Source of the DNA: an uncultured Actinomycetes bacterium
GTDB taxonomy: Bacteria > Actinomycetota > Thermoleophilia > Solirubrobacterales > 70-9
Direction: 5' to 3'
Assembly: GCA_963720735.1 (NCBI GenBank)
Contig: CAVRGL010000011.1
Location: forward strand, 17,632-81,631
DNA length: 64,000 bases
Shown: positions 53,552-64,000 of the stretch, piece by piece
Position numbering within the stretch: the first letter of the stretch is position 1
How the letters are laid out: every line of letters begins with the position of its first letter
Notes under the pieces: model-generated
The model's database searches: none
What the model was told of the DNA's origin: nothing
Seen by the model: the letters and a program-made list of their open reading frames with translations, nothing else
Program-made: the position numbers and the translations under genes

Positions 53552-55549
53552 GTGCCCGATTTCAAGCTCAATCCCGCCTACACGCCGACCGCTGACCAGC
53601 CAGAGGCGATCGAGGGGCTGAGCGAGGGGCTCGCGGCAGGGGAGCGTTTCCAGACGCTGCTCGGCGCCACTGGTACCGGCAAGACGTTCACGATGGCGGG
53701 CGTGGTCGAGCGAGTGCAGCGGCCCAGCCTGGTGATCGCCCACAACAAGACCCTCGCGGCGCAACTCTGCAACGAGTTCCGCGAGTTCTTCCCGGAGAAC
53801 GCGGTCGAGTACTTCGTCAGCTACTACGACTATTACCAGCCCGAGGCCTACGTGCCGGCGCAGGACCTCTACATCGAGAAGGACTCCTCGATCAACGACG
53901 AGATCGACCGCCTCCGGCACGCCGCGACGGCCGCCCTGCTGGCCCGCCGCGACGTGCTGATCGTCGCCTCGGTCTCCTGCATCTATGGGATCGGCTCGCC
54001 GCAGCTCTACCAGCAGCAGATGCAGCTGTTCAAGGTCGGCGAGGAGATCGATCGCGACGAGGTCCTGCGCAAGCTGGTGAAGATGCAGTACCAGCGCAAC
54101 GACGCCAATCTCGTCCGCGGCAGCTTCCGGGTGCGCGGCGAGGTGCTGGAGATCATGCCCGCCTATGCGGAGTCGGCCTACCGGATCTCGCTGTTCGGGG
54201 ACGAGATCGAGGGCATCCAGCATTTCGACCCGCTGACCGGCGAGATCCTCGACGAGATCGACCACGTCGCGGTCTGGCCCGCCACCCACTACGTCACCGC
54301 GGATGAGACGCTCGAGCGGTCGGTGAGCGAGATCCGGGGGGAGCTGGAGAGCCGCACCGCCGAGCTGGAGGCCGAGGGCAAGCAGCTCGAGGCGCACCGG
54401 CTACGCCAGCGCACCCTCTACGACCTCGAGATGATCAAGGAGCTTGGCTTCACCTCGGGGATTGAGAACTACTCGCGCATCCTCGACGGCCGCCCACCGG
54501 GGAGCCCGCCCCACACCCTGATCGACTACTTCCCCGACGACTTCGTCGTCTTCGTCGACGAGTCGCATCAGACGATCCCCCAGATCGGCGGTATGTACGA
54601 GGGCGACCGCTCCCGCAAGCAGACCCTGGTCGATTACGGGTTCCGGCTCCCCTCGGCGATCGACAACCGGCCGCTGAAGTTCGGCGAGTTCCTCGACCGG
54701 ATCAACCAGCTGGTGATGGTCTCAGCGACCCCCGGTCCGTTCGAGCGCGCCGAGGCCTCGCGGACTGTCGAGCAGATCGTCCGCCCGACCGGGATCGTCG
54801 ACCCCGAGATCGAGGTGCGCGAGACCCGCAACCAGATCGACGACCTGATGAACGAGATCAGGCGGCGAGCGGAGCGCGGAGACCGGGTGCTGGTCACGAC
54901 CCTGACCAAGAAGATGGCCGAGGACCTGACCGGATACCTGCTCGAGTACGGGATCAAGGTCCGCTACCTGCACTCCGAGGTGGACACCCTGGAGCGGATC
55001 CAGATCGTCCGCGACCTGCGGCTCGGGGAGTACGACGTATTGGTCGGCGTCAACCTGCTGCGCGAGGGCCTCGACCTCCCCGAGGTCTCCCTGGTGGCGA
55101 TCCTCGATGCCGACAAGGAGGGCTTCCTGCGGGGGGAGACCAGCCTGGTGCAGACGATCGGGCGGGCAGCGCGAAACGTCGAGGGCAAGGTGCTGATGTA
55201 CGCCGACAAGGAGACCGATGCGATGCGGGCGGCGATCGGCGAGACAGACCGCCGCCGCTCGATCCAGATCGCCTACAACGACGAGCACGGGATCACCCCG
55301 GAGACGGTGCAGAAGGGGATCTCCGAGATGACCGAGTTCCTCGCGATGGAGGACCGCGCGCCGCGCAAGCGCCGCAGCAGGCGCAGCGAGGACTTCGCCG
55401 GGCCGGAGGAGCTGGAGCGGACGATCGTCGAGCTGGAGGAGGAGATGATCGTCGCCGCCGAGGACCTCCGCTTCGAGGAGGCGGCGCGGATCCGAGACGA
55501 GCTGCGCGAGCTGCGCCGCGACCTCGAGGGGATGCGAGCCGGGGCCTAG
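53552..55549 (+). CDS. uvrB: excinuclease ABC subunit B
   Basis: ...[14 protein letters not shown]..., ...DESH..., the helicase motifs and the C-terminal UVR domain (...[10 protein letters not shown]...). Confidence 0.97.
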   Translation: MPDFKLNPAYTPTADQPEAIEGLSEGLAAGERFQTLLGATGTGKTFTMAGVVERVQRPSLVIAHNKTLAAQLCNEFREFFPENAVEYFVSYYDYYQPEAYVPAQDLYIEKDSSINDEIDRLRHAATAALLARRDVLIVASVSCIYGIGSPQLYQQQMQLFKVGEEIDRDEVLRKLVKMQYQRNDANLVRGSFRVRGEVLEIMPAYAESAYRISLFGDEIEGIQHFDPLTGEILDEIDHVAVWPATHYVTADETLERSVSEIRGELESRTAELEAEGKQLEAHRLRQRTLYDLEMIKELGFTSGIENYSRILDGRPPGSPPHTLIDYFPDDFVVFVDESHQTIPQIGGMYEGDRSRKQTLVDYGFRLPSAIDNRPLKFGEFLDRINQLVMVSATPGPFERAEASRTVEQIVRPTGIVDPEIEVRETRNQIDDLMNEIRRRAERGDRVLVTTLTKKMAEDLTGYLLEYGIKVRYLHSEVDTLERIQIVRDLRLGEYDVLVGVNLLREGLDLPEVSLVAILDADKEGFLRGETSLVQTIGRAARNVEGKVLMYADKETDAMRAAIGETDRRRSIQIAYNDEHGITPETVQKGISEMTEFLAMEDRAPRKRRSRRSEDFAGPEELERTIVELEEEMIVAAEDLRFEEAARIRDELRELRRDLEGMRAGA

Positions 55550-55570
55550 GGCCCGCTAGGCTCGGAGCCA

Positions 55571-56077
55571 ATGCCCGTCTCACGCGAAGAGATCCTCAGG
55601 CAGGTCTCCGGAGCGATCGACGCCGCCGAGGAGCGCGCCGCGGAGATCGAACGCGACGCCCGCGAAAGGGCCGAGACGATCCTCGCCGAGGCCCGCGCCG
55701 AGGCGAAGCGCATCCTCGATCGCGCCCAGTCGGCGGTCGCCGGGCTGGCCGCCGAGATAACCGGGGAGGTTCCCGAGCCGCCGTCGCCTGCGCCGGAGCC
55801 GGACCCTGCACCCGAGCCGGAGCCCCCGGCCGACCCCGAGCCAGCTCCCGGCCCCGTGCCGGAGCCGACGCCGCTGCCCGAGCCGCCCTCCGAGGAGCCG
55901 CCGCCCGCCGCCGCGGATGCGCCGAACGGGAACGTCGACGGTGCCCGGCTGGTGGCGATGAAGATGGCGCTCGAGGGCTCCTCGCGCGAAGAGGTGGCCG
56001 AGCGCCTCGCCGAGGGCCACGCTCTGGAGGACAGCGGGGACCTGATCGACGACGTTTTCGCCCGCATCAAGCGCTAA
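55571..56077 (+). CDS. hypothetical protein: coiled-coil N-terminus, Pro/Glu-rich linker, small C-terminal domain
   Basis: AEERAAEIERDARERAETILAEARAEAKRIL; PEPPSPAPEPDPAPEPEPPADPEPAPGPVPEPTPLPEPP; ...ARLVAMKMALEGSSREEVAERL... Confidence 0.5.
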   Translation: MPVSREEILRQVSGAIDAAEERAAEIERDARERAETILAEARAEAKRILDRAQSAVAGLAAEITGEVPEPPSPAPEPDPAPEPEPPADPEPAPGPVPEPTPLPEPPSEEPPPAAADAPNGNVDGARLVAMKMALEGSSREEVAERLAEGHALEDSGDLIDDVFARIKR

Positions 56078-56108
56078 CTGCCGCCAGCGGGGGAGGCCCT
56101 GGCTACAC

Positions 56109-56135
56109 GGGAACGCCCGTTCGCCCCCCTAGAAT
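56109..56135 (+). promoter_or_regulatory. LexA-box-like palindrome GGGAACGCCCGTTCGC followed by -10-like TAGAAT, just upstream of uvrA
   Basis: The GAAC-N4-GTTC core lies at 56111-56122. TAGAAT at 56130-56135 is 8 nt before ATG 56144. Confidence 0.4.
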
Positions 56136-56143
56136 CGTCCCGG

Positions 56144-59026
<2,883 letters not shown>

Positions 59027-59033
59027 GGGGCGG

Positions 59034-60002
59034 TCAGCTGCGGAACAGCAGCGAGGCGCCGATCGCGCCGCCCAGGTCGCCGAGCTCGGCGACCAGGACC
59101 TTCGGGGGACGGTCGTCCGAGAACAGGTGCTTGCCCATCTCCCCCTCGATCTGCTCGGCGAAACGCTCGCCGAAGCGCACCCCGAGGCCGCCGCCGATGA
59201 TCACGCACTCGACGTCGAGCAGGTTGACCGCGGAGGCGATCCCGGTCCCGAGGTAGCGGATCGCGCGTCTGATCAGGCTCTCGGCGAGGTGGTCCTTGTC
59301 GCGCAGGGCGTGCTCCCAGACGGCGCTGGTCAGCCGGTCCCGGCCGCGGTGCTTCATGATGTTGAACAGGTCCGTCTCGACGCCGGCCTCCTGCTCGCGC
59401 CGGGCCTTGGCCTCCATCGCCGCCCGTCCCGCATAGGCCTCCAGGCAGCCCCGCCGCCCGCAGGGGCATCGCGCCCCGTTTCGCTTCACCACCGTATGGC
59501 CTATCTCGCCCGCCGCGCCCCGGCCCAGCCACGGCTCGCCGCCGAGGATCAGGCCGCCGCCGACGCCGGTCCCCCAGAAGACCCCGATCAGCGATTCGTA
59601 GGGCTTCCCGGCGCCGAGGTGGAACTCCGCCTCGGTCGCCACCTGGACGTCGTTGCCGATCCGGACGTCGGTGCCGAGCGCCTCCGAGAGGTTCTCGGCG
59701 AGGGGAAAGCTGCCGTCCCAGCCGGGCAGGTTCTTCGCCGCGCTGACCACTCCGGTCTTCTCGTCTGCATCGCCGGGGGAGCCGACTCCGACGCCGGCCA
59801 GGTCGGAGGTCGCGATGCCGGCCTGCTCAGCCGCCTCGCGCAGCGCTTCGGCCATCTCCCGCGCGACGTCCTCCGGTCCGCCCTCGGTGGGCGTGGGGCG
59901 GCGGGCCTGTCCCGATATTCCTCCACGAGGACCGACGATCGCGGTCTGGATCTTCGTCCCGCCGAGGTCGATGCCTCCGCGGAGGTCGCCTGCAGCAGTC
60001 AT
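59034..60002 (-). CDS. ROK-family glucokinase
   Basis: ...GIDLGGTKI..., ...GAAGEIGH... and the CPCGRRGCLE zinc motif. Confidence 0.88.
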   Translation of the reverse strand: MTAAGDLRGGIDLGGTKIQTAIVGPRGGISGQARRPTPTEGGPEDVAREMAEALREAAEQAGIATSDLAGVGVGSPGDADEKTGVVSAAKNLPGWDGSFPLAENLSEALGTDVRIGNDVQVATEAEFHLGAGKPYESLIGVFWGTGVGGGLILGGEPWLGRGAAGEIGHTVVKRNGARCPCGRRGCLEAYAGRAAMEAKARREQEAGVETDLFNIMKHRGRDRLTSAVWEHALRDKDHLAESLIRRAIRYLGTGIASAVNLLDVECVIIGGGLGVRFGERFAEQIEGEMGKHLFSDDRPPKVLVAELGDLGGAIGASLLFRS

Positions 60003-60090
60003 CGTTCTCCCTTCTCGGGCCGTCCCATGCGCGGACCTCCTCTCGCTTGCGTGCGGACCCTACTGCCGCCGCCTTTGGAAAGCTAGACCG

Positions 60091-60696
60091 ATGACCGAGC
60101 TTCGGGGCTGGAGGTTGTGGTGGGTGAAGCGCCGCTGGTACGAGCGCAACCGGCGGCCGCTGCGGCGATGGCGGATCAACCGCCACATGGCCCGCGCCGG
60201 GGCATTCATCCGCTTCCCGGTGGAGGGGGAGGTGCTGGAGGCCCTCGACGAGGGCAGGCTGACGATCGGCAACGCGACCCTGCTGGAGCCCGGTTGCTGG
60301 ATCACGATGTCGCCTCAGGCCTCGATCGTGATCGGCGAGGGATGCTTTCTCAACCGCAACACGATGCTGGCCGCGCAGAAGCGGCTCGAGATCGGCGACC
60401 ACGTGATGTTCGCCAACGGGTGCTTCGTCGGCGACGCTGACCACCGCTTCGACGACCCGGAGCTGCCGATCACATGGCAGGGGTTCACCTCCAAGGGCCC
60501 GGTTCGGATCGGCTCCAACTGCTGGTTCGGCGTCAACTGCGTGGTAACCGCCGGGGTCAGCATCGGCGATCGCTGCGTGATCGGCGCGAACTCGGTGGTG
60601 ACCGAGGATCTGCCGCCGAGGACGATTGCGGCCGGCGCCCCGGCGAAGCCGATCCGCGAGATCGAGTTCCGGCCGCGGGGGAGCGAAGGCGAGTGA
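60091..60696 (+). CDS. left-handed beta-helix (hexapeptide-repeat) acyltransferase
   Basis: Met at 60091. ...IGDHVMFANGCFVGDADH..., ...VRIGSNCWFGVNCVVTAGVSIGDRCVIGANSVV... Confidence 0.8.
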   Translation: MTELRGWRLWWVKRRWYERNRRPLRRWRINRHMARAGAFIRFPVEGEVLEALDEGRLTIGNATLLEPGCWITMSPQASIVIGEGCFLNRNTMLAAQKRLEIGDHVMFANGCFVGDADHRFDDPELPITWQGFTSKGPVRIGSNCWFGVNCVVTAGVSIGDRCVIGANSVVTEDLPPRTIAAGAPAKPIREIEFRPRGSEGE

Positions 60697-61223
60697 GGCA
60701 GGTTCCTTGCGCCCTGGCGGCCCTTGCAATTGCATTCAGCGGCTGCGGCGGAGGTTCAGGAGACGCCGTGTCCAGCGGCACTACAACCCTGGACACGGCG
60801 ACAAGCGGACAGCAACCGGCGCCGAAGACGACCAAGAAGAAGAGGCCGCACGTCTATCCGGTTCCATCGGTCATCGTGCCGAAGGATCCGGAGAAGGCGA
60901 TAAAGGGTGCGGTCGAGGCCGTCCTCGCTCCCCATCCGCCCGGCCGGGCCAGCGTCTTCACAGCCTGTGGGTTCTACGTCACAGACCGCTACCTGCAGAC
61001 CACCTATGGCGGCCGCCAGGGCTGCGTGCGCGCACTTGTCCCGGGCAGCGCGGCCGACGAGGTGAAGGTCTCGGCGGTCGTCGTGCGCGGCGACCGCGCC
61101 ACGGCCCGCGCCGTGCCTACGGGCGGCCCGTCGAGCGGCGAGACGATCACCGTGCACCTCGTGCGCTACAGGTCCTACTGGAAGGTCGACTCGCTGCGCT
61201 CAAACGCCCCGGTCGGCCCTTAG
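60693..61223 (+). CDS. hypothetical lipoprotein
   Basis: GTG at 60693 overlaps the preceding stop. The lipobox is ...LAALAIAFSGCGGGSG. No family recognised. Confidence 0.5.
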   Translation: MRQVPCALAALAIAFSGCGGGSGDAVSSGTTTLDTATSGQQPAPKTTKKKRPHVYPVPSVIVPKDPEKAIKGAVEAVLAPHPPGRASVFTACGFYVTDRYLQTTYGGRQGCVRALVPGSAADEVKVSAVVVRGDRATARAVPTGGPSSGETITVHLVRYRSYWKVDSLRSNAPVGP

Positions 61224-61229
61224 CTCCGT

Positions 61230-61619
61230 TCAGCCGAGGATCTGGACGATCACGGTTCGCTCGCGGGGGCGGTCGTCGAAGTCGATCAGGACCAGCTGCT
61301 GCCACGTCCCAAGCGCCAGTCGCCCGCCGTTGACCGGAATCGTCTCCGCGGGCCCGATCACCGAGGCCCGCTGGTGCGCGTGAGAGTTGGTGTCGTGGTT
61401 GAGCCGGTTGTGCTCGTAGTCGCCGGCCGCCGGGATGAGGCGCTCGAGCATCGCCCCGAGGTCCTGTACCCCGCCCGGCTCGTACTCCATCGTCGTGATC
61501 GCCGCGGTCGAGCCGCGGACGAAGGCGAGCGCCTGCGCCAGCTCGACCCCCGCCCCGTCGACCACCCGCTGCACCCCGGCGGTGATGTCGATCGTGTCCC
61601 CGTCCCCGCGCGTGGACAC
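61230..61619 (-). CDS. YjbQ/UPF0047 family (secondary thiamine-phosphate synthase-like) protein
   Basis: ...IDIT...STAAITTMEYEPG...NSHAH......G.WQQLVLIDFD... Confidence 0.85.
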   Translation of the reverse strand: MSTRGDGDTIDITAGVQRVVDGAGVELAQALAFVRGSTAAITTMEYEPGGVQDLGAMLERLIPAAGDYEHNRLNHDTNSHAHQRASVIGPAETIPVNGGRLALGTWQQLVLIDFDDRPRERTVIVQILG

Positions 61620-61642
61620 TCTGATCTCCCCGCTGTGGACCG

Positions 61643-62560
61643 TCAGGGCAGCGGTTCCCAGTCCCAGCTCGCCGAGGAGCTGAGGCCCTCCTGGTCGAGA
61701 TACCGGGTCAGCTCCGCCAGCTCCCCGGGCTCGACCGCGTAGGCGTGCCCGGGGCCGGGGAACGCGCCGGCACGGACCTCGGCCACGTAGTCGCGCAGCC
61801 CGCTGACCATCGCCTGCCGGGTCTCGGCGAAGCGCTTGACGAACTTGGGCAGGTGCCCCTCCGTGATCCCGAGCAGGTCGTGGAAGACGAGTACCTGGCC
61901 GGCGGTCGAGGGGCCCGCGCCGATCCCGATCGTCGGCACCTCGAGGCGCTTGACGATCTCCTCGGTGACCGCAGCCGGCACCGCTTCGAAGACGATCGCG
62001 AAGCAGCCGACCGCCTCCAGCGCCAACGCATCGGCGGCGAGCCTGGCGGCCCGCTCCGCGGTGCGGCCCTGGGTCTTGTAGCCGCCGAGCGCCGTGGCAC
62101 TCTGGGGGGTGAGGCCGACGTGACCCATCACCGGGATGCCGGCGCCGACTATGGCCCGGGCCCGGTCCACGGAGGTGCCGCCGCCCTCGAGCTTGACCAC
62201 CTGGCAGCCGGTCTCCTTGACCAGCCGCTGGGCACTGGAGATCGCCTGCTCGTTGCTGACCTCGTAGGAGCCCATCGGCATGTCGCCCACCATCAGCGGC
62301 GTTCGCAAACCGCGGCGCACAGCCTTGCCCAGCATCGCCATCTCGTCCATCGAGACCGGCTCGGTCCCCGAATAGCCGAGCACCGTGACGGCGGCGGTGT
62401 CGCCGACGAGGACGATGTCCACCCCTGCCTCCTCGGCCACCTGCGCCGAGGGGAAGTCGTAGGCGGTGACCATCACGATCGGCTCGCCCGCGGCCTTCAT
62501 CTCGGCCAGCCGGGGGAGGGTGACCGGTGGACGCTGGTTCTCCTCTTCGCTGGTTCTCAT
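61643..62560 (-). CDS. panB: 3-methyl-2-oxobutanoate hydroxymethyltransferase
   Basis: ...IVMVTAYD...DIVLVGD......VKLEGG...GHVGLTPQ... Confidence 0.95.
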   Translation of the reverse strand: MRTSEEENQRPPVTLPRLAEMKAAGEPIVMVTAYDFPSAQVAEEAGVDIVLVGDTAAVTVLGYSGTEPVSMDEMAMLGKAVRRGLRTPLMVGDMPMGSYEVSNEQAISSAQRLVKETGCQVVKLEGGGTSVDRARAIVGAGIPVMGHVGLTPQSATALGGYKTQGRTAERAARLAADALALEAVGCFAIVFEAVPAAVTEEIVKRLEVPTIGIGAGPSTAGQVLVFHDLLGITEGHLPKFVKRFAETRQAMVSGLRDYVAEVRAGAFPGPGHAYAVEPGELAELTRYLDQEGLSSSASWDWEPLP

Positions 62561-62581
62561 CCGACTCTCCCTTTCATGCGT

Positions 62582-63430
62582 TCATGGCTCGACGACGATG
62601 TTGTCTATGAGGCGGGTTCCGCCGATCCGGGCGGCCACCGCGACCAGCACCGGGCGTCCGTTCAGCTCGGTCGCCGGCCTGAGGTCCTCGGGGTCGCGGG
62701 CCTCGAGGTATTCGGGCTCGATCCCGGCGGCGCGGAGCTCCCCGCGCGCCGCCTCCAGCCCCGCCTCCAGCGAGCTGCTCCGCGAGCCCTCCTCGGCGGC
62801 TCGCAGAGCGCGGAAGATCGCGGTTGCCCGCTCGCGCTCGGCCGGTTCGAGGTAGGAGTTGCGCGAGCTCATCGCGAGGCCATCGGGCTCCCGCACGGTC
62901 GGCAGCACGGCGATCCGGACCGGGAAGTCGAGATCGGCGGCCATCCTGCGGATCACCGCCGCCTGCTGGGCATCCTTCTGCCCGAAGTAGGCGACCTCCG
63001 GATCGACGCAGTTGAACAGCTTCGCGACGACGGTCGTCACCCCGCGGAAGTGCTCCGGGCCGCGGCTCGCGGGGTCTCCGCAGAGAACCTCGGTGAGGCG
63101 GCCGACCTCTACACGGGTGGTGAAGCCCGGTGGGTAAACCTCCTCGATCGGGGGTGCGTAGACGACGTCCACTCCCTCCGCGCGCGCTAGGCCGAGGTCG
63201 CGCCCTTCGTCGCGGGGGTAGCGCTCGAGGTCCTCGCCGGGGCCGAACTGGGCGGGATTGACGAACAGGCTCATGACCACGACCTCGCACTCCTGACGGG
63301 CGCGGCGCATCAGTGAGAGGTGACCCTCATGGAGGGAGCCCATCGTCGGCACCAGGCCCGTGGTTTCGCCGCCGGCACGCAGCTCGGCGAGCTCGCGTCT
63401 CAGGCCGGCCCGGTCTCGCACCACCTTCAT
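62582..63430 (-). CDS. panC: pantoate--beta-alanine ligase
   Basis: ...GLVPTMGSLHEGHLSLMRRA...VVMSLFVNPAQFGP.EDL..YPR... Confidence 0.95.
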   Translation of the reverse strand: MKVVRDRAGLRRELAELRAGGETTGLVPTMGSLHEGHLSLMRRARQECEVVVMSLFVNPAQFGPGEDLERYPRDEGRDLGLARAEGVDVVYAPPIEEVYPPGFTTRVEVGRLTEVLCGDPASRGPEHFRGVTTVVAKLFNCVDPEVAYFGQKDAQQAAVIRRMAADLDFPVRIAVLPTVREPDGLAMSSRNSYLEPAERERATAIFRALRAAEEGSRSSSLEAGLEAARGELRAAGIEPEYLEARDPEDLRPATELNGRPVLVAVAARIGGTRLIDNIVVEP

Positions 63431-64000
63431 CTCACCGGCTCCTCGCTGCGGCGCCCGGCCAGGGCGGCGGTTCGCTCCGCCATCACCCGGTAGAGGTCAA
63501 GCAGCTCCGGGTCGGTTTCGGCGAGGGCCTCCAGATGGCGGGATACAGTGGCAGCGTCGCCGCGCGCGATCGGTCCGGTGAGAGCCGCTCCGCCGTGCTC
63601 CGCCCAGTTGGCCGCCGTGCGCAGCACCATCGGGGCGAGCAGCTCGCGGGCATCCGCCACTCCGGCACCCTCGAGCAGTTCGGCCGCGGACTCCTCCAGC
63701 GCGACGAGGAAGTTCGAGGCGATCGCGGCGGCGGCGTGATAGGCGGCCCGCTTCTCCTCGGGAACCTCAAACGGGCTCATCCCCAGCGAAGCCGCCAGCC
63801 CTTCCGCGAAGCCGATCCCCGCCGGATCGGAAGCGGAGACTGCGCAGAAGGCCCCGGCGAGATCGGGCCCCTCGCCGCGGATCGTCTGCAGCGGGTGGAT
63901 CGAGAACACCGAGGCGCCGCGCTCGGCCGCCGCTGAAAGCGCCTCGAGGCCGGTGGCGCCGCTGGTGTGGCCGACGAAGCGAGCGGCGCCGAGATCCTCG
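63427..64000 (-). CDS. Rossmann-like / DUF2520 domain protein, C-terminal part (5' end lies outside the window)
   Basis: ...HTSGATGLEAL......SIHPLQT......AAYHAAAAIASNFLVAL......TGPIARGD... The stop overlaps the panC start. This gene commonly precedes panC in Actinomycetota. Confidence 0.7.
   Translation of the reverse strand, partial: EDLGAARFVGHTSGATGLEALSAAAERGASVFSIHPLQTIRGEGPDLAGAFCAVSASDPAGIGFAEGLAASLGMSPFEVPEEKRAAYHAAAAIASNFLVALEESAAELLEGAGVADARELLAPMVLRTAANWAEHGGAALTGPIARGDAATVSRHLEALAETDPELLDLYRVMAERTAALAGRRSEEPVR

Overview
High-GC chromosomal segment (G+C judged by eye, not computed). The gene order is typical of Actinomycetota core regions: comEC-holA / rpsT / murJ, lepA, hrcA-dnaJ-prmA, murI, phoH-ybeY-era, hisIE-trpEGDC ... 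trpFBA, a phosphofructokinase, malic enzyme, polA, rpsA-coaE, uvrB, uvrA, and panC-panB on the minus strand. I cannot name the organism. I support about 65 protein-coding genes. I found no rRNA, tRNA, transposase, integrase or CRISPR array. Most of the very long ORFs in the six-frame track that lie opposite or out of frame to these genes are Arg/Gly/Pro/Asp-rich artefacts of the high GC content. The items most worth a second look are: (1) four perfect tandem copies of a 68-bp hairpin-bearing element right after trpC, plus a diverged inverted copy at murI whose substitutions restore the stems; (2) a roughly 200-nt element after murI that folds on paper into a tight four-way junction; (3) a trp operon split by about 5.9 kb that carries an HtrA-like protease, a 1265-aa SARP / degenerate cyclase / P-loop / TPR regulator, and a divergent small secreted repeat protein, with an 11-bp-phased direct repeat between the last two; (4) two tandem paralogous secreted proteins of about 640 aa, family unknown, with conserved bodies and diverged C-terminal thirds; (5) an ECF sigma factor fused to a transmembrane segment and a long Gly/Ser/His/acidic tail, upstream of a calcium-binding-repeat secreted protein. 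All functional calls come from reading the translations and recalling family motifs. No database search was run.
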